Source: a virus
Lineage: Duplodnaviria > Caudoviricetes
Strand: one strand, 5' to 3'
IMG/VR virus record: IMGVR_UViG_3300049988_000245
Span: 1-64,000 of that record
Length of the DNA stretch: 64,000 nt
Shown: one piece after another, positions 62,541 to 64,000 of the stretch
Position numbering within the stretch: the first letter of the stretch is position 1
Layout of the letters: the number at the start of each line of letters is the position of its first letter
Position numbers and translations under genes: made by a program
Notes under the pieces: generated by a model
What the model saw: the letters and a program-made list of their open reading frames with translations, nothing else
Databases searched by the model: none
Told to the model about the DNA's origin: nothing

Positions 62541-62746
62541 CAGCGTGCCTTTACGACGAACATCCTACCCACGGAATCCCGGTGTAGCGTATCACCCTTA
62601 CGACAGACAATGCGGCCCTCCCAATCGTGCACGATGATCTTTTCGGCATCAGCACCGAAATTCAGAAAGATCACCCACCTGGGCCATTCGCTCGTTGGAG
62701 TGTCGGTGCCCGGATAAACCCAGGAGACTGTAGGAAGCGTGCTCAT
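62540..62746 (-). CDS. Small hypothetical protein
   Basis: TGATG coupling to downstream gene. Confidence 0.5.
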   Translation of the reverse strand: MSTLPTVSWVYPGTDTPTSEWPRWVIFLNFGADAEKIIVHDWEGRIVCRKGDTLHRDSVGRMFVVKAR

Positions 62747-62782
62747 CAACATACAATAATTGGCTTAAGCGTTTACGGACAA

Positions 62783-62796
62783 TATTTATCTAAATA
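62783..62796. promoter_or_regulatory. Back-to-back late promoters
   Basis: ATAAATA (minus, 62789-62783) abutting CTAAATA (plus, 62790-62796). Confidence 0.5.
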
Positions 62797-62819
62797 AAAG
62801 CATTGTTTAGGAGAACACA

Positions 62820-63476
62820 ATGCATTCGATGCGAGAAATCATGACGCTCATGGAGGCACCTCGTAAGAAGGCCGCTGCCTTCCCGACCGTCAATCCTGAC
62901 GAGCTTCTTGGACGCGTGATGAATCTCATGGCCGTCCTCCAGGGCATGAACTTCCAGTTTACCGCCGATTGGGTCTTCGCCATGGTAGAGCAGGCCAAGC
63001 AGCAGAAGCTCGCGTTCGAGCGCCAAGCGGCGGAGGATCACGAGCGCTACGGGGACGAGCACGACCCGGCAGATTGGACCTTCGACGTGAAGGATGCCTA
63101 TCGGGACCTCGCCGAGCCGTTCTACCGTAAGGCCACCCACGCGTTCAACATTCTGGCGGACGCCCAGGTGGCCCAGCGGGTCTATCAGGACTCCATGGTA
63201 ACCAACCCGGACGACCCCATGGATATGGTCGAAGATTCCGATTACCTGCGTTGTCTCCAGGCTCAGCGGAATCTCGGACAGGCGATCGAGGCGATCAATC
63301 CGTCTCGCCCCTCGACGTTTGTTGCCGTGCTCGACGGCATCGAGAGCGTCCTCCAGACGTTCAAAAGCGCAATGAGCGGGGGCGAGCAGCGTATTCCACC
63401 GGAATGGCTTGATAGTGTGGAAAAGGAACTGGAACATCTTCTCCCACTAATGCGTTTTACTCTTAAGAACCTTTGA
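62820..63476 (+). CDS. Late helical protein with capsid-targeting-like N-terminus
   Basis: SD AGGAG; MREIMTLME. Confidence 0.7.
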   Translation: MHSMREIMTLMEAPRKKAAAFPTVNPDELLGRVMNLMAVLQGMNFQFTADWVFAMVEQAKQQKLAFERQAAEDHERYGDEHDPADWTFDVKDAYRDLAEPFYRKATHAFNILADAQVAQRVYQDSMVTNPDDPMDMVEDSDYLRCLQAQRNLGQAIEAINPSRPSTFVAVLDGIESVLQTFKSAMSGGEQRIPPEWLDSVEKELEHLLPLMRFTLKNL

Positions 63477-63503
63477 GGCTTTAGGTTTGACGAATTCCAA
63501 GTA

Positions 63504-63531
63504 AAAAGGGCGCCCGGCGGGGCGCCCTTTT
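63504..63531. terminator. Bidirectional intrinsic terminator
   Basis: AAAAGGGCGCCC-GGCG-GGGCGCCCTTTT. Confidence 0.85.
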
Positions 63532-63579
63532 CGTTATACGGGAATGCGTATATTTGGGTTTTATACGGATTTGCGTATA

Positions 63580-63999
63580 TCAGTTGGATTCGTTCAGCCA
63601 GGGCGCAACGACGTGGACCACGTTGCCGTACTTGCTCAGGTGTCGCTCCATGGGTCCGCCGATCTTCCCGTCCGTGAGGATGAACGAGAGCGTGTGGTCG
63701 AACTCCAACATGCCACGGTGATCGAAGAAGCCGTCCGTGAACACGAACACCTTCCGAACCCCCTGGGGACCGTCATGATTCCGAACAAAGGTTAGCGGAG
63801 CAGCGATGTTGGTCCCACCCCCACACTGGAGACCCTTGACGCGCGTCAGCACATGGAAGTTGCCGGTCACGTCGAACACCTCCAGCACGGATGCGTCGAA
63901 CGTGCACACAACGACACGCTTCACTCCGTGGGCGATGCAGGCCAGGGCGATGTTCTTGAACTGTGCGGCCACGTCGTCGAAGCGCGTGGCACCAGAAAC
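63580..63999 (-). CDS. vWA (MIDAS) domain protein, 5'-truncated by the window edge
   Basis: Frame open to window end; VSG, FDA, GGGTN, VFTDG. Confidence 0.8.
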   Translation of the reverse strand, partial: VSGATRFDDVAAQFKNIALACIAHGVKRVVVCTFDASVLEVFDVTGNFHVLTRVKGLQCGGGTNIAAPLTFVRNHDGPQGVRKVFVFTDGFFDHRGMLEFDHTLSFILTDGKIGGPMERHLSKYGNVVHVVAPWLNESN

Positions 64000-64000
64000 A

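Noticed and set aside
1-64000. Genome-wide TAG reassignment (code 15)
   Set aside because: Long core and structural genes are intact in code 11. Where I checked (after 13547 and 32798), reading through TAG gave only short extensions and no fusion.
1-64000. CRISPR array, rRNA, integrase/att site, or phage-nucleus/PhuZ genes
   Set aside because: No repeat-spacer periodicity and no such motifs were seen in this window.

Overview
64-kb segment of a lytic, T4-superfamily jumbo-type tailed phage genome, densely coding and mostly GC-rich. Host is most likely Methylobacterium/Methylorubrum (inferred from a pqqA copy, a csbD gene with an EcfG-type promoter, and an alphaproteobacterial-type SerRS). 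Core genes: gp32 SSB, UvsX, UvsY, UvsW, gp61 primase, gp41 helicase, a possible clamp-loader small subunit, a short DnaE-like protein, DenV and two free-standing GIY-YIG endonucleases. Translation-related genes: SerRS, Pth2, HNH-RNA ligase and three atypical tRNAs. T4-type late promoters (NTAAATA) and host sigma70-type promoters are both common. Main discoveries: (1) a 29-aa PqqA (PQQ precursor peptide) missed by the ORF track; (2) a 1375-aa Ig-repeat fibre in which 11 repeats lack their last two beta-strands, followed by two propeller-like genes that start with exactly that missing hairpin (candidate donor-strand-complemented branched adhesin); (3) about 31 dispersed small paralogs sharing a C-terminal F-x-D-x3-A-F-x-F-K-M-R-W/F motif (about 15% of the window); (4) two adjacent tRNAs with CUA (amber) anticodons in a genome that shows no TAG recoding; (5) about 11 proteins, many with late promoters, that carry T4 capsid-targeting-like N-termini, including a kinase-like and a HExxH protein; (6) several candidate structured RNAs. 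All family assignments come from motif recognition by eye; no database search was run.
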